Shown: positions 37,001 through 48,800 of the stretch, piece by piece | How positions within the stretch are numbered: position 1 is the first letter of the stretch | How the letters are laid out: every line of letters starts with the position of its first letter | Assembly (NCBI GenBank): GCA_964016885.1 | Contig: OZ024744.1 | Coordinates: 130,572,001-130,636,000, forward strand | Length of the DNA stretch: 64,000 nt | DNA from: Eledone cirrhosa | Taxonomy: Eukaryota | Reading direction: 5' to 3' | Program-made: the position numbers and the translations under genes | Notes under the pieces: model-generated | Told to the model about the DNA's origin: nothing | The model's database searches: none | Seen by the model: only the letters and a program-made list of their open reading frames with translations

Positions 37001-40000
37001 TAAGTTAAGTTGGGGTTAATTTAAGTTGGGGATAATTTAAGTTGGGGTTAAGTTAAGTTGGGTTTAAGTTAAGTTGGGGTTAAGTTAAGTTGGGGATAAG
37101 TTAAGTTGGGGTTAAGTTAAGTTGGGGTTAAGTTAAGTTGGGGTTAAGTTAAGTTGGGGCTAAGTTAAGTTGGGGCTGAGTTAAGTTGGGGTTAAGTTAA
37201 GTTGGGGTTAAGTTAAGTTGGGGTTAATTTAAGTTGGGGTTTATTTAAGTTGGGGTTAAGTTAAGTTGGGGTTCAGTTAAGTTGGGGTTAAGTTAAGTTG
37301 GGGTTAAGATGGGGTTAAATTAAGTTGGGGTTAAGTTAAGTTGGGGTTAAGTTAAATTGGGGTTAAGTTAAGTTGGGGTTAAGTTAAGTCGGGGTTAAGT
37401 TAAGTCGGGGTTAAGTTAAGTTGGGGGCAAGTTAAGTTGGGGTTAATTTAAGTTGGGGTTAAATTAAGTTGGGGTTAAGTTAAGTTGCTGTTAAGTTAAG
37501 TTGGGGTTAATTTAAGTTGGGGTTAATTAAGTTGGGGTTAAGTTAAGTTGGGGTTAAGTTAAGTTGGGGTTAATTTAAGTTGGGGTTGAGTTAAGTTGGG
37601 GTTAAGTTAAGTTGGGGTTATATTAAGTTGGGGTTAAGTTAAGTTGGGGTCCAGTTAAGTTGGGGTTAAGTTAAGTTGGGGTTAAGTTAAGTTGAGGTTA
37701 ACTTAAGTTGGGGTTAAGTTAAGTTGGTGTTAAGTTAAGTTGGGGCTAAGTTAAGTTGGGGCTGAGTTAAGTTGGGGCTGAGTTAAGTTGGGGCTAAGTT
37801 AAGTTGGGGTTGAGTTAAGTTGGGGTTAAGTTGGGGTTAAGTTAAGTTAGGTTTAAGTTAAGTTGGGGTTAAGTTAAGTTGGGGTTAAGTTAAGTTGGGG
37901 TTAAGTTAAGTTGGGGTTAAGTTAAGTTGGGGTTAAGTTAAGTTGGGGTTAAGTTAATTTGTGGTTAAGTTAAGTTGTGGTTACGTTAAGTTGGGGTTAA
38001 GTTAAGTTGGGGTTAAGTTAAGTCGGGGTTAAGTTAAGTTGGGGTTAAGTTAAGTTGGGGTTAATTTAAGTTGGGGTTAAGTTAAGTTGGGGTTAAGTTA
38101 AGTTGGGGTTAAGTTAAGTCGGGGTTAAGTTAAGTTGGGGTTAAGTTAAGTTGGGGTTAAGTTAAGTTGGTTAGTTAAGTTGAGTTTAAGTTAAGTTGGG
38201 GTTAATTTAAGTTGGGGTTAAGTTAAGTTGGGGTTAAGTTAAGTTGGGGTTAAGTTAAGTTGGGGTTAATTTAAGTTGGGGTTAAGTTAAGTTGCGGGTA
38301 ATTTAAGTTGGGGTTAAGTTAAGTTGGGGTTAAGTTAAGTTGGGGTTAAGTTAAGTTGGGGTTAAGTTAATTTGGGGTTAAGTTAAGTTGGGGCTAATTT
38401 AAGTTGGGGCTGAGTTAAGTTGGGGTTAAGTTAAGCTGGGGTTAAGTTAAGTTGGGGTTAAGTTAAGTTGGGGTTTATTTAAGTTGGGGTTAAGTTAAGT
38501 TGGGGTTCAGTTAAGTTGGGGTTCAGTTAAGTTGGGGTTAAGTTAAGTTGGGGTTAATTTAAGTTGGGGTTAAGTTAAGCTGGGGTTAAGTTAAGTTGGG
38601 GTTAAGTTAAGTTGGGGTTAATTTAAGTTGGGGTTAAGTTAAGTTGGGGTTAAGTTAAGTTGGGGTTAAGTTAAGTTGGGGTTAAGTTAAGTTGGGGATA
38701 ATTTAAGTTGGGGTTAAGTTAAGTTTGAGTTTAAGTTAAGTTGGGGTTAAGTTAAGTTGGGGTTAAGTTAAGTTGGGGTTAAGTTAAGTTGGTTAGTTAA
38801 GTTGAGTTTAAGTTAAGTTTGGGTTAATTTAAGTTGGGGTTAATTTAAGCTGGGGTTAAGTTAAGTTGGGGTTAAGTTAAGTTGGGGTTAATTTAAGTTG
38901 GGGTTAAGTTAAGTTGCGGGTAATTTAAGTTGGGGTTAAGTTAAGTTGGGGTTAAGTTAAGTTGGGGTTAAGTTAAGTTGGGGTTAAGTTAATTGGGGTT
39001 AAGTTAAGTTGGGGCTAATTTAAGTTGGGGCTGAGTTAAGTTGGGGTTAAGTTAAGTTGGGGTTAAGTTAAGTTGGGGTTAAGTTAAGTTGGGGTTAAGT
39101 TAAGTTGGGGTTTATTTAAGTTGGGGTTAAGTTAAGTTGGGGTTCAGTTAAGTTGGGGTTCAGTTAAGTTTGGGTTAAGTTAAGTTGGGGTTAAGATGGG
39201 GTTAAATTACGTTGGAGTTAAGTTAAGTTGGGGTTAAGTTAAGTTGGGGTTAAGTTGGGGTTAAGTTAAGTTAGGTTTAAGTTAAGTTGGGGTTAAGTTA
39301 AGTTGGGGTTAAGTTAAGTTGTGGTTAAGTTAAGTTGGGGTTAAGTTAAGTTGGGGTTAAGTTAAGTCGGGGTTAAGTTAAGTTGGGGTTAAGTTAAGTT
39401 GGGGTTAATTTAAGTTGGGGTTAAGTTAAGTTGGGGTTAAGTTAAGTTGGGGTTAAGTTAATTGGGGTTAAGTTAAGTTGGGGTTAAGTTAAGTTGAGGT
39501 TAAGTTAAGTTGGGGTTAAATTAAGTTTGGGTTAAGTTAAGTTGGGGTTAAGTTAAGTTGGGGTTAAGTTAAGTTGGGGTAAGTTAAGTTGGGGATAATT
39601 TAAGTTGGGGTTAAGTTAAGTTGGGTTTAAGTTAAGTTGGGGTTAAGTTAAGTTGGGGTTAAGTTAAGTTGGGGTTAAGTTAAGTTGGGGTTAAGTTAAG
39701 TTGGGGCTAACTTAAGTTGGGGCTGAGTTAAGTTGGGGTTAAGTTAAGTTGGGGTTAAGTTAAGTTGGGGTTAAGTTAAGTTGGGGTTAATTTAAGTTGA
39801 GGTTAAGTTAAGTTGGGGTTCAGTTAAGTTGGGGTTCAGTTAAGTTGGGGTTAAGTTAAGTTGGGGTTAAGATGGGGTTAAATTACGTTGGAGTTAAGTT
39901 AAGTTGGGGTTAAGTTAAGTTGGGGTTAAGTTAAGTTGGGGTTAAGTTAAGTCGGGGTTAATTTAAGTCGGGGTTAAGTTAAGTTAGGGTTCAGTTAAGT

Positions 40001-43000
40001 TGGGGTTAAGTTAAGTTGGGGTTGAGTTAAGTTGGGGTTGAGTTAAATTGGGGTTGAGTTAAGTTGGGGTTGAGTTAAGTTGGTGTTGAGTTAAGTTGGG
40101 GTTAAGTTAAATTGAGGTTAAGTTAAGTTGCAGTTAAGTTAAGTTGAGGTTAAGTTAAGGTGCGGTTAAGTTAAGTTGGGGTTAAGTTAAGTTGGGGTTA
40201 AGTTAAGTTGGGGTTAAGTTAAGTTGGGGTTAAGTTAAGTTGGGGTTAAGTTAATTTGTGGTTCAGTTAAGTTGTGGTTAAGTTAAGTTGGGGTTAAGTT
40301 AAGTTGGGGTTAAGTTAAGTCGGGGTTAAGTTAAGTTGGGGTTAAGTTAAGTTGGGGTTAATTTAAGTTGGGGATAATTTAAGTTGGGGTTAAGTTAAGT
40401 TGGGTTTAAGTTAAGTTGGGGTTAAGTTAAGTTGGGGATAAGTTAAGTTGGGGTTAAGTTAAGTTGGGGTTAAGTTAAGTTGGGGTTAAGTTAAGTTGGG
40501 GCTAAGTTAAGTTGGGGCTGAGTTAAGTTGGGGTTAAGTTAAGTTGGGGTTAAGTTAAGTTGGGGTTAATTTAAGTTGGGGTTTATTTAAGTTGGGGTTA
40601 AGTTAAGTTGGGGTTCAGTTAAGTTGGGGTTAAGTTAAGTTGGGGTTAAGATGGGGTTAAATTAAGTTGGGGTTAAGTTAAGTTGGGGTTAAGTTAAGTT
40701 GGGGTTAAGTTAAGTTGGGGTTAAGTTAAGTCGGGGTTAAGTTAAGTCGGGGTTAAGTTAAGTTAGGGGTAAGTTAAGTTGGGGGCAAGTTAAGTTGGGG
40801 TTAATTTAAGTTGGGGTTAAATTAAGTTGGGGTTAAGTTAAGTTGCTGTTAAGTTAAGTTGGGGTTAATTTAAGTTGGGGTTAATTAAGTTGGGGTTAAG
40901 TTAAGTTGGGGTTAAGTTAAGTTGGGGTTAATTTAAGTTGGGGTTGAGTTAAGTTGGGGTTAAGTTAAGTTGGGGTTATATTAAGTTGGGGTTAAGTTAA
41001 GTTGGGGTTCAGTTAAGTTGGGGTTAAGTTAAGTTGGGGTTAAGTTAAGTTGAGGTTAACTTAAGTTGGGGTTAAGTTAAGTTGGTTAGTTAAGTTAAGT
41101 TGGGGCTAAGTTAATTTGGGGCTGAGTTAAGTTGGGGCTGAGTTAAGTTGGGGCTAAGTTAAGTTGGGGTTGAGTTAAGTTGGGGTTAAGTTGGGGTTAA
41201 GTTAAGTTAGGTTTAAGTTAAGTTGGGGTTAAGTTAAGTTGGGGTTAAGTTAAGTTGGGGTTAAGTTAAGTTGGGGTTAAGTTAAGTTGGGGTTAAGTTA
41301 AGTTGGGGTTAAGTTAATTTGTGGTTAAGTTAAGTTGTGGTTAAGTTAAGTTGGGGTTAAGTTAAGTTGGGGTTAAGTTAAGTCGGGGTTAAGTTAAGTT
41401 GGGGTTAAGTTAAGTTGGGGTTAATTTAAGTTGGGGTTAAGTTAAGTTGGGGTTAAGTTAAGTTGGGGTTAAGTTAAGTCGGGGTTAAGTTAAGTTGGGG
41501 TTAAGTTAAGTTGGGGTTAAGTTAAGTTGGTTAGTTAAGTTGAGTTTAAGTTAAGTTGGGGTTAATTTAAGTTGGGGTTAAGTTAAGCTGGGGTTAAGTT
41601 AAGTTGGGGTTAAGTTAAGTTGGGGTTAATTTAAGTTGGGGTTAAGTTAAGTTGCGGGTAATTTAAGTTGGGGTTAAGTTAAGTTGGGGTTAAGTTAAGT
41701 TGGGGTTAAGTTAAGTTGGGGTTAAGTTAATTTGGGGTTAAGTTAAGTTGGGGCTAATTTAAGTTGGGGCTGAGTTAAGTTGGGGTTAAGTTAAGCTGGG
41801 GTTAAGTTAAGTTGGGGTTAAGTTAAGTTGGGGTTTATTTAAGTTGGGGTTAAGTTAAGTTGGGGTTCAGTTAAGTTGGGGTTCAGTTAAGTTGGGGTTA
41901 AGTTAAGTTGGGGTTAAGATGGGGTTAAATTACGTTGGAGTTAAGTTAAGTTGGGGTTAAGTTAAGTTGGGGTTAAGTTAAGTTGGGGTTAAGTTAAGTC
42001 GGGGTTAATTTAAGTCGGGGTTAAGTTAAGTTAGGGTTCAGTTAAGTTGGGGTTAAGTTAAGTTGGGGTTGAGTTAAGTTGGGGTTGAGTTAAATTGGGG
42101 TTGAGTTAAGTTGGGGTTGAGTTAAGTTGGTGTTGAGTTAAGTTGGGGTTAAGTTAAATTGGGGTTAAGTTAAGTTGCAGTTAAGTTAAGTTGAGGTTAA
42201 GTTAAGGTGCGGGTAAGTTAAGTTGGGCTTAAGTTAAGTTGGGGCTAAGTTAAGTTGGGGCTCAGTTAAGTTGGGGCTAAGTTAAGTTGGGGTTAAGTTA
42301 AGTTGGGGTTAAGTTAAGTCGGGGTTAAGTTAAGTTGGGGTTAAGTTAAGTTGGGGTTAATTTAAGTTGGGGTTAAGTTAAGTTGGGGTTAAGTTAAGTT
42401 GGGGTTAAGTTAAGTTGGGTTTAAGTTAAGTTGGGGTTAAGTTAAGTTGGGGTTGAGTTAAGTTGGGGCTGAGTTAATTTGGGGTTAAGTTAAGTTGGGG
42501 TTAAGTTAAGTTGGGTTTAAGTTAAGTTGGGGTTAAATTAAGTTGGGGTTAAATTAAGTTGGGGTTAAGTTAAGTTGGGGGTAAGTTAAGTTGGGGGCAA
42601 GTTAAGTTGGGGTTAATTTAAGTTGGGGTTAAATTAAGTTGGGGTTACGTTAAGTTGGTGTTAAGTTAAGTTGGGGTTAATTTAAGTTGGGGTTAATTAA
42701 GTTGGGGTTAAGTTAAGTTGGGGTTAAGTTAAGTTGGGGTTAATTTAAGTTGGGGTTGAGTTAAGTTGGGGTTAAGTTAAGTTGGGGTTATATTAAGTTG
42801 GGGTTAAGTTAAGTTGGGGTTCAGTTAAGTTGGGGTTAAGTTAAGTTGGGGTTAAGTTAAGTTGAGGTTAAGTTAAGTTGGGGATAAGTTAAGTTGGTGT
42901 TAAGTTAAGTTGGGGCTAAGTTAAGTTGGGGTTGAGTTAAGTTGGGGTTAAGTTGGGGTTAAGTTAAGTTACGTTTAAGTTAAGTTGGGGTTAAGTTAAG

Positions 43001-45849
43001 TTGGGGTTAAGTTAAGTTGTGGTTAAGTTAAGTTGGGGTTAAGTTAAGTTGGGGTTAAGTTAAGTCGGGGTTAAGTTAAGTTGGGGTTAATTTAAGTTGG
43101 GGTTAATTTAAGTTGGGGTTAAGTTAAGTTGGGGTTAAGTTAAGTTGGGGTTAAGTTAATTGGGGTTAAGTTGGGGTTAAGTTAAGTTGAGGTTAAGTTA
43201 AGTTGGGGTTAAATTAAGTTTGGGTTAAGTTAAGTTGGGGTTAAGTTAAGTTGGGGTTAAGTTAAGTTGGGGATAAGTTAAGTTGGGGATAATTTAAGTT
43301 GGGGTTAAGTTAAGTTGGGTTTAAGTTAAGTTGGGGTTAAGTTAAGTTGGGGTTAAGTTAAGTTGGGGTTAAGTTAAGTTGGGGTTAATTTAAGTTGGGG
43401 TTAAGTTAAGTTGCGGGTAATTTAAGTTGGGGTTAAGTTAAGTTGGGGTTAAGTTAAGTTGGGGTTAAGTTAAGTTGTGGTTAAGTTAAGTTGGGGTTAA
43501 GTTAAGTTGGGGCTAATTTAAATTGGGGCTGAGTTAAGTTGGGGTTAAGTTAAGTTGGGGTTAAGTTAAGTTGGGGTTAAGTTAAGTTGGGGTTAAGTTA
43601 AGTTGGGGTTTATTTAAGTTGGGGTTAAGTTAAGTTGGGGTTCAGTTAAGTTGGGGTTCAGTTAAGTTGGGGTTAAGTTAAGTTGGGGTTAAGATGGGGT
43701 TAAATTACGTTGGAGTTAAGTTAAGTTGGGGTTAAGTTAAGTTGGGGTTAAGTTGGGGTTAAGTTAAGTTAGGTTTAAGTTAAGTTGGGGTTAAGTTAAG
43801 TTGGGGTTAAGTTAAGTTGTGGTTAAGTTAAGTTGGGGTTAAGTTAAGTTGGGGTTAAGTTAAGTCGGGGTTAAGTTAAGTTGGGGTTAAGTTAAGTTGG
43901 GGTTAATTTAAGTTGGGGTTAAGTTAAGTTGGGGTTAAGTTAAGTTGGGGTTAAGTTAATTGGGGTTAAGTTAAGTTGGGGTTAAGTTAAGTTGAGGTTA
44001 AGTTAAGTTGGGGTTGAATTAAGTTTGGGTTAAGTTAAGTTGGGGTTAAGTTAAGTTGGGGTTAAGTTAAGTTGGGGTAAGTTAAGTTGGGGATAATTTA
44101 AGTTGGGGTTAAGTTAAGTTGGGTTTAAGTTAAGTTGGGGTTAAGTTAAGTTGGGGTTAAGTTAAGTTGGGGTTAAGTTAAGTTGGGGTTAAGTTAAGTT
44201 GGGGCTAAGTTAAGTTGGGGCTGAGTTAAGTTGGGGTTAAGTTAAGTTGGGGTTAAGTTAAGTTGGGGTTAAGTTAAGTTGGGGTTAATTTAAGTTGGGG
44301 TTAAGTTAAGTTGGGGTTCAGTTAAGTTGGGGTTCAGTTAAGTTGGGGTTAAGTTAAGTTGGGGTTAAGATGGGGTTAAATTACGTTGGAGTTAAGTTAA
44401 GTTGGGGTTAAGTTAAGTTGGGGTTAAGTTAAGTTGGGGTTAAGTTAAGTCGGGGTTAATTTAAGTCGGGGTTAAGTTAAGTTAGGGTTCAGTTAAGTTG
44501 GGGTTAAGTTAAGTTGGGGTTGAGTTAAGTTGGGGTTGAGTTAAATTGGGGTTGAGTTAAGTTGGGGTTGAGTTAAGTTGGTGTTGAGTTAAGTTGGGGT
44601 TAAGTTAAATTGAGGTTAAGTTAAGTTGCAGTTAAGTTAAGTTGAGGTTAAGTTAAGGTTCGGTTAAGTTAAGTTGGGGTTAAGTTAAGTTGGGGTTAAG
44701 TTAAGTTGGGGTTAAGTTAAGTTGGGGTTAAGTTAATTTGTGGTTAAGTTAAGTTGTGGTTAAGTTAAGTTGGGGTTAAGTTAAGTTGGGGTTAAGTTAA
44801 GTCGGGGTTAAGTTAAGTTGGGGTTAAGTTAAGTTGGGGTTAATTTAAGTTGGGGATAATTTAAGTTGGGGTTAAGTTAAGTTGGGTTTAAGTTAAGTTG
44901 GGGTTAAGTTAAGTTGGGGATAAGTTAAGTTGGGGTTAAGTTAAGTTGGGGTTAAGTTAAGTTGGGGTTAAGTTAAGTTGGGGCTAAGTTATGTTGGGGC
45001 TGAGTTAAGTTGGGGTTAAGTTAAGTTGGGGTTAAGTTAAGTTGGGGTTAATTTAAGTTGGGGTTTATTTAAGTTGGGGTTAAGTTAAGTTGGGGTTCAG
45101 TTAAGTTGGGGTTAAGTTAAGTTGGGGTTAAGATGGGGTTAAATTAAGTTGGGGTTAAGTTAAGTTGGGGTTAAGTTAAGTTGGGGTTAAGTTAAGTCGG
45201 GGTTAAGTTAAGTCGGGGTTAAGTTAAGTTAGGGGTAAGTTAAGTTGGGGGCAAGTTAAGTTGGGGTTAATTTAAGTTGGGGTTAAATTAAGTTGGGGTT
45301 AAGTTGAGTTGGTGTTAAGTTAAGTTGGGGTTAATTTAAGTTGGGGTTAATTAAGTTGGGGTTAAGTTAAGTTGGGGTTAAGTTAAGTTGGGGTTAATTT
45401 AAGTTGGGGTTGAGTTAAGTTGGGGTTAAGTTAAGTTGGGGTTATATTAAGTTGGGGTTAAGTTAAGTTGGGGTTCAGTTAAGTTGGGGTTAAGTTAAGT
45501 TGGGGTTAAGTTAAGTTGAGGTTAACTTAAGTTGGGGTTAAGTTAAGTTGGTGTTAAGTTAAGTTGGGGCTAAGTTAAGTTGGGGCTGAGTTAAGTTGGG
45601 GCTGAGTTAAGTTGGGGCTAAGTTAAGTTGGGGTTGAGTTAAGTTGGGGTTAAGTTGGGGTTAAGTTAAGTTAGGTTTAAGTTAAGTTGGGGTTAAGTTA
45701 AGTTGGGGTTAAGTTAAGTTGGGGTTAAGTTAAGTTGGGGTTAAGTTAAGTTGGGGTTAAGTTAAGTTGGGGTTAAGTTAAGTCGGGGTTAAGTTAAGTT
45801 GGGGTTAATTTAAGTTGGGGTTAAGTTAAGTTGGGGTTAAGTTAAGTTG

Positions 45850-48800
45850 GGGTTAAGTTAAGTCGGGGTTAAGTTAAGTTGGGGTTAAGTTAAGTTGGTT
45901 AGTTAAGTTGAGTTTAAGTTAAGTTGGGGTTAATTTAAGTTGGGGTTAAGTTAAGCTGGGGTTAAGTTAAGTTGGGGTTAAGTTAAGTTGGGGTTAATTT
46001 AAGTTGGGGTTAAGTTAAGTTGCGGGTAATTTAAGTTGGGGTTAAGTTAAGTTGGGGTTAAGTTAAGTTGGGGTTAAGTTAAGTTGGGGTTAAGTTAATT
46101 TGGGGTTAAGTTAAGTTGGGGCTAATTTAAGTTGGGGCTGAGTTAAGTTGGGGTTAAGTTAAGCTGGGGTTAAGTTAAGTTGGGGTTAAGTTAAGTTGGG
46201 GTTAAGTTAAGTTGGGGTTTATTTAAGTTGGGGTTAAGTTAAGTTGGGGTTCAGTTAAGTTGGGGTTCAGTTAAGTTGGGGTTAAGTTAAGTTGGGGTTA
46301 AGATGGGGTTAAATTACGTTGGAGTTAAGTTAAGTTGGGGTTAAGTTAAGTTGGGGTTAAGTTAAGTTGGGGTTAAGTTAAGTCGGGGTTAATTTAAGTC
46401 GGGGTTAAGTTAAGTTAGGGTTCAGTTAAGTTGGGGTTAAGTTAAGTTGGGGTTGAGTTAAGTTGGGGTTGAGTTAAATTGGGGTTGAGTTAAGTTGGGG
46501 TTGAGTTAAGTTGGTGTTGAGTTAAGTTGGGGTTAAGTTAAATTGGGGTTAAGTTAAGTTGCAGTTAAGTTAAGTTGAGGTTAAGTTAAGGTGCGGGTAA
46601 GTTAAGTTGGGCTTAAGTTAAGTTGGGGCTAAGTTAAGTTGGGGCTCAGTTAAGTTGGGGCTAAGTTAAGTTGGGGTTAAGTTAAGTTGGGGTTAAGTTA
46701 AGTCGGGGTTAAGTTAAGTTGGGGTTAAGTTAAGTTGGGGTTAATTTAAGTTGGGGTTAAGTTAAGTTGGGGTTAAGTTAAGTTGGGGTTAAGTTAAGTT
46801 GGGTTTAAGTTAAGTTGGGGTTAAGTTAAGTTGGGGTTGAGTTAAGTTGGGGCTGAGTTAATTTGGGGTTAAGTTAAGTTGGGGTTAAGTTAAGTTGGGT
46901 TTAAGTTAAGTTGGGGTTAAATTAAGTTGGGGTTAAATTAAGTTGGGGTTAAGTTAAGTTGGGGGTAAGTTAAGTTGGGGGCAAGTTAAGTTGGGGTTAA
47001 TTTAAGTTGGGGTTAAATTAAGTTGGGGTTACGTTAAGTTGGTGTTAAGTTAAGTTGGGGTTAATTTAAGTTGGGGTTAATTAAGTTGGGGTTAAGTTAA
47101 GTTGGGGTTAAGTTAAGTTGGGGTTAATTTAAGTTGGGGTTAAGTTAAGTCGGGGTTAAGTTAAGTTGGGGTTAAGTTAAGTTGGGGTTAAGTTAAGTTG
47201 GTTAGTTAAGTTGAGTTTAAGTTAAGTTGGGGTTAATTTAAGTTGGGGTTAAGTTAAGCTGGGGTTAAGTTAAGTTGGGGTTAAGTTAAGTTGGGGTTAA
47301 TTTAAGTTGGGGTTAAGTTAAGTTGCGGGTAATTTAAGTTGGGGTTAAGTTAAGTTGGGGTTAAGTTAAGTTGGGGTTAAGTTAAGTTGGGGTTAAGTTA
47401 ATTTGGGGTTAAGTTAAGTTGGGGCTAATTTAAGTTGGGGCTGAGTTAAGTTGGGGTTAAGTTAAGCTGGGGTTAAGTTAAGTTGGGGTTAAGTTAAGTT
47501 GGGGTTAAGTTAAGTTGGGGTTTATTTAAGTTGGGGTTAAGTTAAGTTGGGGTTCAGTTAAGTTGGGGTTCAGTTAAGTTGGGGTTAAGTTAAGTTGGGG
47601 TTAAGATGGGGTTAAATTACGTTGGAGTTAAGTTAAGTTGGGGTTAAGTTAAGTTGGGGTTAAGTTAAGTTGGGGTTAAGTTAAGTCGGGGTTAATTTAA
47701 GTCGGGGTTAAGTTAAGTTAGGGTTCAGTTAAGTTGTGGTTAAGTTAAGTTGGGGTTGAATTAAGTTGGGGTTGAGTTAAATTGGGGTTTAGTTAAGTTG
47801 GGGTTGAGTTAAGTTGGTGTTGAGTTAAGTTGGGGTTAAGTTAAATTGGGGTTAAGTTAAGTTGCAGTTAAGTTAAGTTGAGGTTAAGTTAAGGTGCGGG
47901 TAAGTTAAGTTGGGCTTAAGTTAAGTTGGGGCTAAGTTAAGTTGGGGCTCAGTTAAGTTGGGGCTAAGTTAAGTTGGGGTTAAGTTAAGTTGGGGTTAAG
48001 TTAAGTCGGGGTTAAGTTAAGTTGGGGTTAAGTTAAGTTGGGGTTAATTTAAGTTGGGGTTAAGTTAAGTTGGGGTTAAGTTAAGTTGGGGTTAAGTTAA
48101 GTTGGGTTTAAGTTAAGTTGGGGTTAAGTTAAGTTGGGGTTGAGTTAAGTTGGGGCTGAGTTAATTTGGGGTTAAGTTAAGTTGGGGTTAAGTTAAGTTG
48201 GGTTTAAGTTAAGTTGGGGTTAAATTAAGTTGGGGTTAAATTAAGTTGGGGTTAAGTTAAGTTGGGGGTAAGTTAAGTTGGGGGCAAGTTAAGTTGGGGT
48301 TAATTTAAGTTGGGGTTAAATTAAGTTGAGTTTAAGTTAAGTTGGGGTTAATTTAAGTTGGGGTTAAGTTAAGCTGGGGTTAAGTTAAGTTGGGGTTAAT
48401 TTAAGTTGGGGTTAACTTAAGTTGGGGTTAAGTTAAGTTGGGGTTAAGTTAAGTCGGGGTTAAGTTAAGTTGGGGTTAAGTTAAGTTGGGGTTAAGTTAA
48501 GTTGAGGTTAAGTTAAGTTGGTTAGTTAAGTTGAGTTTAAGTTAAGTTGGGGTTAATTTAAGTTGGGGTTAAGTTAAGTTGAGGTTAAGTTAAGTTGGGG
48601 TTAAGTTAAGTTGGGGTTAATTTAAGTTGGGGTTAAGTTAAGTTGCGGGTAATTTAAGTTGGGGTTAAGTTAAGTTGGGGTTAAGTTAAGTTGGGGTTAA
48701 GTTAAGTTGGGGTTAAGTTAATTTGGGGTTAAGTTAAGTTGGGGCTAATTGAAGTTGGGGCTGAGTTAAGTTGGGGTTAAGTTAAGCTGGGGTTAAGTTA

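Larger units (their letters stand above)
17330..44690 (+). repeat. ~13.5-13.9-kb tandem duplication within the satellite (copy 1 ~17330-30830, copy 2 ~30830-44690)
   Basis: Collinear rare markers: AATTTATGG 18271/31855, inversion 20384/33920, CGGGGTTATG 23141/36979, GTTGCTGTT 23665/37487 and 26959/40845, GGGGCTAACTT 25821/39707, GTTACGTTT 29090/42971, GGTTGAATT 30135/44016. Confidence 0.88.
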
